Shown here piece after piece: positions 52,101-64,000 of a stretch of DNA of 64,000 nucleotides. Below the pieces are notes generated by a model. The model saw nothing but the letters and a program-made list of their open reading frames with translations, was not told the DNA's origin and made no database searches. The translations under genes were made by a program, and so were the position numbers. The stretch is taken from positions 82,370-146,369 of the forward strand of contig MU053513.1 of NCBI GenBank assembly GCA_013239625.1, in the 5' to 3' direction. This stretch comes from Lama guanicoe. Its lineage: Eukaryota. Every line of letters starts with the position of its first letter. The first letter of the stretch is position 1.

Positions 52101-53710
52101 CTTGATGGATTGATCTATATATCTATCCTTTTACCAAACCACAGTGTCTTGATGACTGCAGCTGTGTAATACATCATAAAATCATGTGATAGTAATCCTC
52201 CCAATTTATACTTTTTTTTTCAAAAATTGTGGGTATGCTAGATTCTTTGCTTTTCCATATATATTTTTTGAGTAAGCTTGCCCATATCTAAAAAAATCCT
52301 GGAGAGCTTTTTTTTTTAATTTGAATTGCATTAAATTTACACATTGATATATGTTTAATTGACATCTGTATTATGTTGAGTCTTCCAATTTATGAACATA
52401 GCATATCTCTTAACTTATTTCAGTCTTTTAAAATGTGATTTTATCAGTTTTTTTAGTGTTTTTCAGAATACAGTTTCTATACATACTTATTAGACTTTTA
52501 CCTAAATGTTTTGTTTCTGAAACTATTGTAAATGGTATTATTTATTAATATCAATTTTGAATTGTTCATTACTAGTATATAGAAGCATAATTGACTGTTG
52601 TATGCTGAACTTGTATCCTGACAACTTACCAAAGTCACCTATTATTTCTAGGTTTTTAAAAATTATCATTATTACTTGGGTTTTCTATGTAGACAATCAT
52701 CTGCTCTGTGCATAGAAACATTTTATAAATTTTAATCCTTTAATTTATTTTCTTGCCTTGTTGCACTGGCTGGGATTCAGTATGATATTGAATGAGTGTT
52801 AAAATTGAATATCCTTGCATTGTTCCCAATTTTCTAGGGAAAATTTAATTTTAAGTATGTAAGTTTCAGGGTTTTTTGGGGGGGGTAGATTTATTAAATT
52901 GAAGAAGTTCCCTTCTAATCCAAGTTTAGTGAACTCACTAGTTTTCATCATAAATAGGCATTGAATTTTGTTAAATGATTTTCCCCCATCAGTTTATATG
53001 GTCATGTGATTTTTCTTCTTTGGTATTTTGGCATGTTCAATCTATTACCATGGATTACACTGAGTTTTAGAATATTGAACTAACTTGACAGTCCTAGCCT
53101 AAATCCCACTTAACTATGATGTTTTATTCATTTTATATATTGCTACATTCAACATTCTAGCATTTTCTTAACCTTTTCACGTGTAGTTTTTATTGGTCTG
53201 TAGTTGTTTTTCCTTGTACTGTCTTCATCTAATTTAGATAGCAAGGTTATGCTGGCCTCATAAAATAAACTGAGCCGTGTACCTCCTTCTATTTTCTAGA
53301 AGAGATTGTATAGAGTTGGTACTGCATGTTTTAACATGTTTGATAGAATTCACAGTGAACATTTGACCAAAAGATTTCTTTTTTAGAATTTCTTAGGTAT
53401 GAATTCAAATCCTTCAATAACGAGAAGACTATAAATTATCCTGATGTATTCTCTGTCCACATCAATGCTCATATCTGGGTTTGGAACTGCATTGATTCTG
53501 AAGCAGGGGATACTAAATATATATATTTATATATGTGGTAAAATCACCACAAGTTCAGGTGTGACTCAAATTCTGGTCTTCTTTCCTACTCTGCCTGCTA
53601 CTATGTAGTTCTCAGAGTCCTCAAAGAGTGGCTCCATGAATTCTACCCAGTTTTCATAGCTGTATTTATTGGAGAGACAAGGATAAGTGTGCTTACTCCT
53701 TATTTAGAAT
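49170..53710 (-). mobile_element. Old L1 (L1MD/ME-like) 3'UTR and ORF2, interrupted by an L1MC at ~49985-51660
   Basis: Continuous antisense ORF2 landmarks: acattcccaccagaaatgtgtgagagtt, gctgaacatcttttcat, tgttgagtcttccaatttatgaaca, gctggcctcataaaat. Confidence 0.85.
49985..51660 (-). mobile_element. L1MC1/2-like element nested in the older L1
   Basis: A new 3' end, cacagaaaaattgagtggaaaatacagagttccc, with agggttcattcttggtgttgtacattctgtggg. ORF2 landmarks are repeated relative to the host L1. Confidence 0.82.
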
Positions 53711-54759
53711 GAAACTTACTGTGCATTGGGGGATAATGTGTTCATGAGAAACTTTTCTTAGAATAATGCCTAAAAAGTAGTTAGGACTCATAAATGGTAG
53801 TTATTGTCATCATTATTACTATTGTCCAGCACTGAGCTAAGGACAGGTGTAAGTTCTCTGCCATCATGGCAGTTAGAGGTTAGAAGAAAAGATGGTTACA
53901 AAAAAAGACACGCATAGTTATAATTTTTAGAAGTGTTGCATACGTAGACAGTGATGGGATAGTCACAATACCATTTTTTGAGTGAATTCATTTCATGACT
54001 ATGCATACATTCCTGTGATTGTCAATAGTGAGAGTTGCAATATATATTTTGGTTCTTCAAAGAGCTATATATACGCTCATTGTCTTATCAGTATATTTTC
54101 AAATTACAAGTTACAGAGCAATTGTATCTTATGAGACATTTTACTGTTCTATTCATAATTAAATTAATGGCTTTATTTTAATGACTACTCTCTGCTAGTT
54201 GTATTACGTTTCCATTCAGGTTACTTAGCACTTTAATTATATCATCTGATTCTCATTGTTTACCATTCTTTTGATCAAACGGCAAGATACATTGCTGGAA
54301 TGCAGCCAGTCCACCAATACTAAACAATGCCCACTGCCTCTCAGAGTGCCGAGCTGGACACGTTGAGAGGAGGAATGACAGCAGGACCCCAGAGCAGCTG
54401 CTCCGCGGTGACCCGAGAAGGAAGGGCCCAGTGCAAGCTGAGCAGAAGGGATGCTGTTAGAAGACATATGAGAGAAACTTCAGGTTAGATTCTGACTACT
54501 GGACAGAGACAGCAGAAATCTGGCCTCTCAGATGGGAACAAAAGTACTCACAGTCCGTCTACATGTACCTTTTGGAAAGCAAAATAGCTCTGTACTAAAA
54601 AGCTAAAGAGAAACTCCTTGTGTATGCATTGCACATACTAATACAGATTTTCAGTATTGCAAAATAGTTGGACAGAGGCTTTATGCAGGGTTAACTGGCT
54701 ATGATGCTTATTTAATAGGATGGATTTAAGAAAAAGGGTTCTAAATCTGTTAAAATCAA

Positions 54760-55330
54760 AGTTCCTTAAAGAAGCCATGTTTCTTTCTACTCAAGGCCTT
54801 TGGGCATGCTTCCAAACCTATTCTCAATTAAGCTTTACATAAAATTGATTTTGTAACTCAGAACTCACTTCCTCAGGGAAGACTTCCCTGAATGACCTCC
54901 AGAGTCAGGTATTTTGCTTTCATAGGATCTTAAACTTTTTAGTGACACTTAAGCTGTGTTTATTTTGCTCATCATTGCATTTTCAGAGCCTGGCACTAAA
55001 TAGATGCTTATTAAATAGGACATAAATAGTGTAATTAGCCTCAGATGACTACTGAGCACTTTGTAAGTAAGCATTAAACACTTATCGCAAGGATGAATTA
55101 ATATGATGTGTGCTCTGGAGATGTTCATGGTCTAATATCGAAAGGCACACATGCAAGAAAATAAACAAGCACACCTGAGATCTATCTTTGCTATCATTTT
55201 AAAAACATGAACTGGCAGTGGTAAGACTGCCAAGAAGACAGTGTTCAGTCTTCCCACTTGGGGGAGGGAAAGACGTTCACAAGAAAGCCATCACAGAACA
55301 ACTAATGTTGTATTGAAACATGAAGAAAAA
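54760..55330. mobile_element. L2 fragments, plus strand then minus strand
   Basis: cacttcctcagggaagacttccctga; agagcctggcactaaatagatgcttattaaata; tgctctggagatgttcatggtcta. Confidence 0.6.
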
Positions 55331-58300
55331 TCTCCCTGCATATGCTGGAAATAAGTAAGCTTTTCTGAGTGTATATCAACATATATATACTCACAATATA
55401 TAAATGTTAAGGTGCTTATATGTTTTACGCATTATGTATACAAGTATAACATGTATAGTAAATGGGTATCTGTTTGTATTTTTAAAATACACATATGAAA
55501 CATGTAGTTTTAATACTGCTGGCCTAGCAGAGTTATTATAAACCACTCCTGGCTACAAACACATAATGGCGTCACAGATCAGTTATGACATCTTCAATAT
55601 ATGCTTTCAATGTTATGGTCCATGTATTATTTTGATTTTGACCCTAACTTACCCATGTTAGAATCATGACTATTATCTACTCCACGAAAAGACCTGTTAC
55701 AGTGAATTCTACGACTGAGAAAATGTCTATAAAACCAATCCATTCTGTGATCCAGCAAATATTATTTCAGCTCCCTCTTTCATGTTTGCCCATCTTCTTT
55801 GTAAGATAATATGGATCTAAATTTTTAATCCTCTCCTAAAGAAAACAGCATCACAGTATGTTGTTTATAATGATTATTTAGAGACATAGCCTTGGTATTA
55901 ATAGGGCGCATTTTCCTAGACTTAAATTGTCAATCAGTCTCTCATGACCTTTTTCACTATTCTAGTGTCATAGTTTCTCAGCCATAATCTCAAAATTCTT
56001 TTACTCTAATTCCATTCTCTTGCATAATGATGAGATTTATTCAGCCGCTTTATAACTGAAGCATTCTGCATTGCACCAACTGAGGATATTTTTGTTCCTG
56101 CATCTGGGTATCACAAAAATGGAGTGACAGCGCTGTGATTGAAAAACAATGTATATTCAATCAAGTTAGCTGTTATTTACCCTGTCCATGGCACTCGTAC
56201 AATTACGGGTAATCTAAGGTTACCCATGAGACCTGAAAATTAACCTTTTCTTTTAATATTGCTAACAGAAGAAGTTAATTGTTGAGATAAGAAGAAAAAG
56301 TCTGATTTTTAGGAGCAGACTGTCCCCCAGGCTTTTGTCTTTTACCTCATTAAGCCTGAATAAATTGCAATGTCTTCAAGTAAAACTGTGGGGAAGACTT
56401 TTTTTTTTTTACTGGCCTGATGGTGATCCACACGTGCAGGGAATTGCAGACACATTAAGACGAGCTCTAGCATCACACCTGCACTGACAGAACGTGTGCT
56501 CCGAACAGTAAAGAGAAAGATGCAAGCTCTGTCCACTATGTGGACTTGCTAAGCCCGTGGGTTAAACTTTTGTTTTTCCTTCTCTTCCTCTTGCTCTATA
56601 TAAGGTTTGATGGTCTATATAAGGTCCTGGGTGATTAAAAACATATCTCCCCTTATCTCTGAATTTAAAAGATGTATTTTAAAGTTAGCCTATATCTCTT
56701 GGGGACTAGATTATAAAACTATTATGTTAAAATTACCTCTTTTATATTGGAAAGCATTTTGGCAGATGACCTAAAAGTTCTTCCATCTTTTTGTTTTAAA
56801 TTATGGATGGTGTCCCAATCGTTTCCTTATCAAATCTTATAAATAATACAATAAAACTTTTACATGGCATATGGATACTTCAACATGTATTCCTTAGAAG
56901 AGCTAAATATTTGAATAAATTATCACTACACTGACATTAACTTTCTACTAAGGTGTCAGTTGTTAAGTATTAGAGAAGGAGCCAAGAGAAGAGACTGTGT
57001 CTCAGTTTTCTGTGAAATGCCTAGAAACTGACATAGCTGAGCACCAGCACTTAGCTGACTATGGTTATGGTTACCTTAGTTTACAAGCTCTGATCTCTTT
57101 TCAGAGGTTGTCTCTTTAAGTGCATTTGTTGACTCTTCAACTGCCTTTCACTGGGCAAGAAGTAAACACATTAAATACGGCATGAAAGGATAGCTTTGTA
57201 GAAAGAGTATCTTGTTTCATGACTGTTCTATAAAAATCCTTTACATTTATTGGCACTGTTACCAGTTTACAATGTCTCTGTCAGAAAGGAATAAATTTTG
57301 TGAAGGCAAGATTTTATATCGGACTCCTCGATCTAAGCATAGATACATTGACCAAAATACTAACTTGAAGTCCACTCGGTCTAGAAATCTAAGAATTATT
57401 AGAGTATTTGAGAATTTTTAACTCGAGTTGTATAAAGAAAACATGGACAACTGAGAATGCTTAATATATAATAAAATTGAAAATGTGTAATAATTACTAA
57501 AATTTACTTCCTGTACCATCAGAGATTATACATAGATAATATACACTGGATTTTGTATTAGGTTCCAAATTCTTCTTTTAAGAGAACTAATAAAACCTTT
57601 ATCCGTATGAAATGCCTCAGTCTTGGTCCTGGCCAGATTTATTTCCTCATATTCCTTTGTTGGCTACCCTGCTTATCCTAATCTGTAACCCATCCTTTGC
57701 GAGTCTTACTAACCCTTTTATTAGAAATACCATTTGCAGTAGCGGAGAAGACCTAGTGCATTTGAAAACAAATTTTCAAGGTTCATACATAATCACATGG
57801 CTTTTCTACTTCTGCTTTTTCTACTGCGTCATAATATCCTGGCCATATTTCATAAAAACACATATATATTAAATTTATATACACTCAGTGATTCAGATTC
57901 TGGTCAATATTTTGAAAAGCATGCAATTATTCTGAGTAACGGTAGATTATAATCATAAAAGTGACTGCTTTCTTATTATAAAAGATACTTAACACATCTG
58001 TTCTACACTCACAATCAGATATTAATTAGTAAATTCTTTCAAAGCTGTACAATTGCTTCTGTTTTACAGAAATTGCCGATATCCAATATTATTCCGTACA
58101 TCCACCTGCTGCTTCAGATAAGTGTGTTTTAATCATAAACTCTTCTTCCATTGTGAAGACTTTGCTTTTCCTCTTTGTTTGAAATAATACAATTGATTTC
58201 ATATCAGCCTGCTTTTCTCTCTGACATAGAAACAAAAGACTGCGGCATGTAACTCCCCTGCGACAATTCCCCACGACAGAGACCTGTGTCACCTTTCTTA

Positions 58301-58789
58301 TTTCAGCACAGGAGCTTCTCTGAATACATATTGCAAATTATGGCGGTTGTGATGAATTATCCAAATTTGAGATGACATGGAGGAAGTTATAAAAAAAGTT
58401 TCTCTTTTTCTTGTTTCTTTCACACTGTTAATCGAGCTGAGATAAATATATATAAGTTATATATTTATGTATTCTATATAATACAATTCTACAGAAACCA
58501 GCTTGACTCTGGTCACCTGCCCATGGAAATCACATACCATTTTCCATATTTCTGTTCACACTCATTTCAGAATCTCCAAAGACCCACAGAAGTCCTTGGA
58601 TGCACCTTGCAGGATCTGTTCTCCGGTGACCTTTCTCTTTCTCACCCCCATCTGCCTTTGAAGATTGCTGATTATTTTCATCAAAGTCACAGTCTACCTT
58701 CAACCAAAACTGATTTTCCAACTTTAATATAGCTAAATATGGACTTATTTCGGTCCGGTCTCCATGCTGTATCCTTAGAAATTCACATC

Positions 58790-59330
58790 AGTACATCTTG
58801 GTTGTTGAAGCTTAGGACTCTGATAATGATGCACTCAGATTAGACTATAGGTTTCTTTAGGGAAGGAAGAGATTTTATCAGCATATGTATTCCTGGTACT
58901 TGCACCATGCCTGATAATCAAGAGACACAGTAAGTGCTTGTTGAACTGAATTAAGAAGATTAATCAGAAAAAAAATAATAGCTTTGGATTTTTTGTTAAT
59001 ATTCCCTGTTGGAGAAGTTTATTATCCCAGTTAAAATGTGTCATACTATTGATGCTCAGAATTGGTGCAAGTGTGGACTCAGGGAACATTCTCCTCCCCA
59101 CTTTTCATATGTATCTTATGAATTCACCTAACATCTATTGTACATCCATCTAAATCCTAGCTCTCTGCCAGATGCTGGAATTAAATTGCACAAGGTTTTT
59201 ACACCCTCAAGGAATTTACAATTTAGGGAAGATATATATTAGTAGTCTTAAAATAACATAATGGCTTATAATAGAGAATTTGCAAAGCATTTTGGAAGTA
59301 TTGAGAAATGAAGACTGAATGCTGTTAAAG
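58790..59330. mobile_element. L2 tail fragments in both orientations
   Basis: attagactataggtttctttagggaagg...taagtgcttgttgaactgaat (plus); tgccagatgctgg...ccctcaaggaatttacaatttaggg (minus). Confidence 0.65.
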
Positions 59331-59478
59331 TTTCCCTCAATATTAAAACCTCATGAATTGGGGTACTGTAATATTTTTCATACTAAGGTAAATCATTCTC
59401 TATGCCAACTTGTTGAAGAATTTATAGCATTAGAAATTGTCAGTGTACTAACACTGTCATTAAGAATGAAAACATTAA

Positions 59479-59514
<36 letters not shown>
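59479..59514. repeat. Compound (AT)5(AC)13 microsatellite
   Basis: Directly visible. Confidence 0.95.
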
Positions 59515-59520
<6 letters not shown>

Positions 59521-59705
59521 AAAGCATTAAGACCATCATCCTGTACCACTTCTCTTTCTCATTTACTTTTTCATTTATATGCAATCATATAAATTGTGCC
59601 TTAGATTTTAACTTCCTCTTTTTCTGTAAGAATTCATAATTTTAACTTTTCTGTATGGACTCAGTCATCTAGTCTCTCTCTTTTTTTTTTTTTTACCCCT
59701 GAATC

Positions 59706-60118
59706 CTTTTTTTAATTTTCTTTTTTGTTGAAGTGTATTTGATTTACAATGTTAGTTTCAGGTAACTAGAAAAGCAATTCAGTTATACATATACATACAT
59801 ATTATACATGGTTTAGATTCTTTTCCATTATATATTAATACAAGAAACTGAATATAGTTCCCTGTGCTATACAGTAGGTCCTTGTTTATCTATTTTATAT
59901 ATAGTAATGTGTATCTGTTAATCCCAGCTTCTAATTCATCACTCCCCAACCCAGTCCTCCCCATCCCTTTTGGTAACCATGGTTTATTTTTTATGTCTGT
60001 GAGTCTATTTCCAGTTTGTAAATAAAATTTGTGTCCCTTTTTTTTAGATTCCACATATAAGTGATATCATATGATATTTGTCTTTCTCTGACTTACTTCA
60101 CTTAGTATAATAATTTTT
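59706..60118 (-). mobile_element. L1 3' end, same group as 122-756
   Basis: T-tail; gaagtgtatttgatttacaatgttagtttcaggt; gaatatagttccctgtgctatacagtaggtcc; gattccacatataagtgatatcata. Confidence 0.92.
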
Positions 60119-60394
60119 GGGTCTCAGTTATCTATTCTTTACACCAGCCTCCATTTGATTAACCCGTCAGGAGAACTTCTCCCTCCCTGGCCCACTTACT
60201 GGAACTTGCCCTTTAAAATCAAGCTAATGTCTGTCTGTCTTTGTTAAAAAGCAAACTATCTTTTCTATCATTGCTACTTCTCCCCAGTGGGTCCCTTCCT
60301 GCTCTGGTACTGTGGTTGCCCTTACATCATTCCAGCACTATTCAAATGTTTCCAAAGGCCCTCATGGCTGATATTTGTGACTCTAAATCCTGCC

Positions 60395-60486
60395 TTTTTT
60401 TTTTTTTTAATGGAGGTACTGAAGCTTGAACCCAGGACCTTGTCCTTGCTAAGCATGTGCTCTATGCCTGAGCTAGTCCCCTCCCA
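60395..60486 (-). mobile_element. Short tRNA-derived SINE (Vic-1-like) with TSD
   Basis: ttgaacccaggaccttg...gctaagcatgtgctcta...ctgagcta with a poly-T tail. 12-bp TSD tctaaatcctgc at 60382 and 60487. Confidence 0.9.
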
Positions 60487-60499
60487 TCTAAATCCTGCT

Positions 60500-60872
60500 T
60501 TGATGAAACTTCCTAGTACCTGGTTTTAGGGCAGCCGTCTGCCTCCCGTGGTAGAAGCAGAAAAAACAGGTCCTCCCTGTTGCCATCCTTTCATAACTTG
60601 TGACAGGTTTGTGACCTCCAATTAGGCCCTCAGATTCTTCCCTTTCCGATGTTGAATCTTCAGTGAGTGAAGCAAAGACAAAAGGAGTGTGAGGAACTTG
60701 TTGGCACGTGGCAGCATCCTGACCAGATTATCTGCTGAACAGGAACTTCTGGTGGATTGTCTGGTGTTCCTGCTTCTTTCAATTTTGTGAGATCAGCTTC
60801 AAAGTTTACTTTTAGCTTAGAACAGCTAAAGTTAGATTCTATGACTGCAATTAAGAACTCTCAATTGACGTC
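60500..60872 (+). mobile_element. Old ERVL LTR (LTR16/LTR33-like)
   Basis: gtgacct...tcagattc...ttgaatct. Terminus gcttagaacagctaaagttagattctatgactgcaattaagaac. Confidence 0.65.
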
Positions 60873-62729
60873 CAGTTAGTGAGAATGAGAACCAAATCTT
60901 CTTGATATTTTCCCCCAATCTGGGGTATTTCCTGGTAAAATACATAATTTTATGGCAACTCACAATGCTTTTATAGTGGAACGGATGTGAATATTTTTTA
61001 CTGCACTATGCTCAAGTTTTTAAATAAATATATGTTATTACATGAAATATGTTGTGAATAGATAAAATATAAGTAGACATATCTTGGGAAGGAAGGACTA
61101 AAGATATATGCAAACTCAAGCATTTGCTTCTGCCAAATAATATATATTTAAATAACTTGGTATCATCATCAGCTTTAATGGCATTTTATTTCGATTCCCA
61201 TATGGCAGTATGGTCTATTTGCAGTCAGTATCTACGTTTCCCATTGCTTTAAGTTGTGTTTTAGCGTGCCCTTGTATCAGTTCTTCTATTTAAGTGATAA
61301 TGTTATGTCTGGGCTGTTTTCGGAGCCCAATATTCCCATAAATATATATTGCGTTTGACAAGGCAGGTCCAAGATCCAATAAAATAATTATCTACAATCT
61401 TTAGAAAATTCCATGAGTTATTAAATACCAAGGAGTCCATTCAGGGATATAGTTTATTTCCTGTATGTCAGCCACTGCAGCAGTTTTCTTACTACTGGGG
61501 CTCCTCATATTGTTGCACCCTGAGATCTACGCACAGATTTTTGTGAAATATAACTTCATAGAGTCGAGCGCTGCTCTAAGACTGCGTACCAGCCCCAAAG
61601 AGTCAGTTTGATATTTATAAATCCTTTTATCTTCTTATGGGAGGTAATCACCCTACACATAGAATAAGGAGAGAAGAAAGATCTGTCCTGTCTTTGTTCA
61701 CATTTTCCATGGGCTTATCGCTTTTATTATTTGTTGTCTTGTTTCCTATTTTTCTGCTGATTTTCACCTTCTGCTTCTACACATCAGCTGTAGAGCTTTC
61801 TTATTTCTGTGGAGTATTTTGGGCTGGTTGTAGGGAACAGAGTACACAAGGGGGCCTAAAAGTATTTCACAGGTTGAAAAGAGGAAGGTATAACTATTAT
61901 TTTGCCATCTGCAAATCTAACACTGTACCTATGTTGAAAGAATAGTATTTATAGTTTTTCTTGCAGAGAACCTGGAACGTAGTGGATACTCATGATAGGA
62001 TAACCTCTTTGCAATGTTAAGAAACAAAATAAAACAATAAAATATCTTTGTGATTTCAAAATGTTCACAAATAATAGAATTAGATTTCAGACATCTGAGT
62101 TCCTAATCAAATATCCATATATTATAAAAAGCAGCTCCCTTATTTTGTATTATAAAAAGCACATAAAGCAAAGTTTATGTGCTTCTCTTGATTCTTCTTT
62201 GCAACTTTAATTTTCTATGATATTTGGAGAGTAACATTTTAACATTTTCTTTATGGGTAGAACAGAGTCAAGCCTCTAATGTGTGTCTGCTTGAATTTGA
62301 TTACCTAAAGAATAAAATTAAACATGCATTTTCTTCTACTACTTAGTGATGTTTTTCCATTAAATTTGACAAAATTGTCCATTCCTATAATGATTAAATT
62401 ACATTTATTTGATCAAAATAATTTTATGAAACTAAGACATTTAAGCTTAAAAATATCTCAAGCATCATTTAAGAAAAGTACTATAATAAACAAACATTAA
62501 CTTTTTCTCTAGTATTTCCTGGAAAGATCTTAGGGATCTAAGATAATTGAATATTTGAAGAACAATAGATCCTGCAGAATTATATAGAGTGGGCTCAGAA
62601 TAATATCTTCACTTGTATGCAAACACTTAATGTTATGCTGGTAGGCTTCCATTTGGTATGTCAGTTTCAAACAGCCTGAAGCTTTCCAAAAGGATGTAAT
62701 GGGAAAAAATCTCTTACTCATATTTTTTT

Positions 62730-63600
62730 AGTTCATATATTTTGAGCATCATTTTTGGACAACACTGTCCTAGGTTTTAGGAACACAAAGATAAACAGGG
62801 TATGATCTCTGTCCTCAAGAACTTTAAAAAGTATTGAGATCAAGGAAATAAAATTAACTAAGGCAAGTCAAATGGAATATTCAGAAGCTGCACGAGTGAC
62901 ATGCATGGGGGCAAGAAAAAGAAGTAGACCTCAGAGAACAGGGATCAAGGAAGCTTTAATGTCTAAATAGGCTTATCTGACAGGTTTTAGTAAAACAGTA
63001 GAGAAGGAAACAGAATACACTTGGGAATGATTGAAAATCACAAGCAAAGTCAGAGGGCTACTGACATGCCTGGTAGAAGAGTGCAGGGACAGTGCAAAGA
63101 GAGATGGCACGGGCGGGAAGGAACTGTGATTCAAAGGGAGAGACAGGATTTCAAAATTGTAGAACAGATAAACAAGATTATACTGCATAGCACAGGGAGA
63201 TATACACAAGATCTTACGGTAGCTCACAGAGGAAAAAATGTGACAATGAATATATATATGTTCATGTATAACTGAAAAATTGTGCTCTACACTGGAATTT
63301 GACACAGCATTGTAAAATGGTTATAAATCAATAAAACAACAGCAACAACAACAACAAAGCCAAAGGGAGAGCATGCAAGTCTTTGCAGGTCGCTTGAGGG
63401 AGTCGTTCTGCCCTCCTTAGGCCATGGGGAGTCTCTGCAGGTCATTGAGGAAGGGATGGTGTGATACAATCTATGTTTTGGAAAGCTGGCTCTGCTATGA
63501 CTAGTGAAATAAAAAGAGCCAGATAATTTTAGGGGACTGGATTGGCACTGGGGAAAACACAGACTCGGATGTGGATAAACTGTCACTAGAAGAGATGATC
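62730..63600 (-). mobile_element. L2 interrupted by a short young L1
   Basis: tattttgagcatc...cactgtcctaggttttagg...tctgtcctcaagaact. Resumes after 63371 with ggccatggggagtctctgcagg...tatgttttggaaagctggctctg. Confidence 0.75.
63143..63360 (+). mobile_element. Very short L1 3' end (camelid-type 3'UTR) with TSD
   Basis: gatttcaaaattgtagaacagataaacaagattatactgcatagcacaggg...aataaaa followed by a (CAA)n tail. Flanking repeat caaagggagag at 63132 and 63361. Confidence 0.88.
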
Positions 63601-64000
63601 TTTACATACCGAGTGTTTTTTCTGGAATAAATGATGTCTGCTCAGCAAAAACACATGGGCGATCATCTATACAGATCCACTGCTATGCTCTAAGCGACCC
63701 TATTACCAAGATGATGCTAAATTTTAATGATATATCGTTATAACTGCATTTGTTAGAGGTCAATCTCCCTAAGAGCAGCACACATTTAGAAAATTCGTAA
63801 ATAGCAGAAAATGAGAAAACAGATCTTTAGGAGAGAATGACATCATGATGTGGAGAATAGGAAACTGCAATGAAGGGTAATGATTAGTGTGTAGCAAAAG
63901 GAGAGTGAATGCTTTCTCCTTGCCCTGTGGTGTTCTGTGCCACCTTTTATACACGGAGCTCTCGAAAGCCACTTTCCAGACAGCAGAGCACATGAAATGC

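Noticed and set aside
58442..58468. 11-bp-stem hairpin ataaatatata-taagt-tatatatttat (also the AT palindrome near 53514)
   Set aside because: Pure AT low-complexity symmetry, expected by chance.
62119..62161. Short direct repeat tattataaaaagca (also a 12-bp tandem repeat at 51955-51978)
   Set aside because: Ordinary slippage-type micro-duplications with no functional signal.

Overview
AT-rich, repeat-dense mammalian genomic DNA with no recognisable protein-coding gene. It is probably intergenic or deep intronic. The tRNA-derived SINEs resemble the camelid Vic-1 family and the youngest L1 3' ends look camelid-type, so a camelid source (alpaca, llama or camel) is inferred. The ORF track entries are L1 ORF2 remnants or chance ORFs. 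The window is a mosaic of L1, L2, MIR, MaLR/ERVL LTRs, one clean solo ERV1-type LTR with a 4-bp target-site duplication (TSD), a MER45A DNA element and microsatellites, with several nested insertions. The most notable features are: (i) a near-identical ~2.0/2.1-kb head-to-tail duplication at 13451-17562, with two deletions in copy 1 that can be polarised by an embedded MIR; (ii) a candidate minus-strand spliced non-coding transcript made of a MIR-derived exon, a unique 150-nt exon and a terminal exon/poly(A) site in the solo LTR; (iii) several repeat-free, CpG-retaining blocks and PBX/HOX/MEIS and NR5A motifs that look like enhancers. All repeat family calls are by-eye recognition of consensus motifs, and boundaries of old elements are approximate. 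No novel system is established; the transcript and enhancer ideas are hypotheses.
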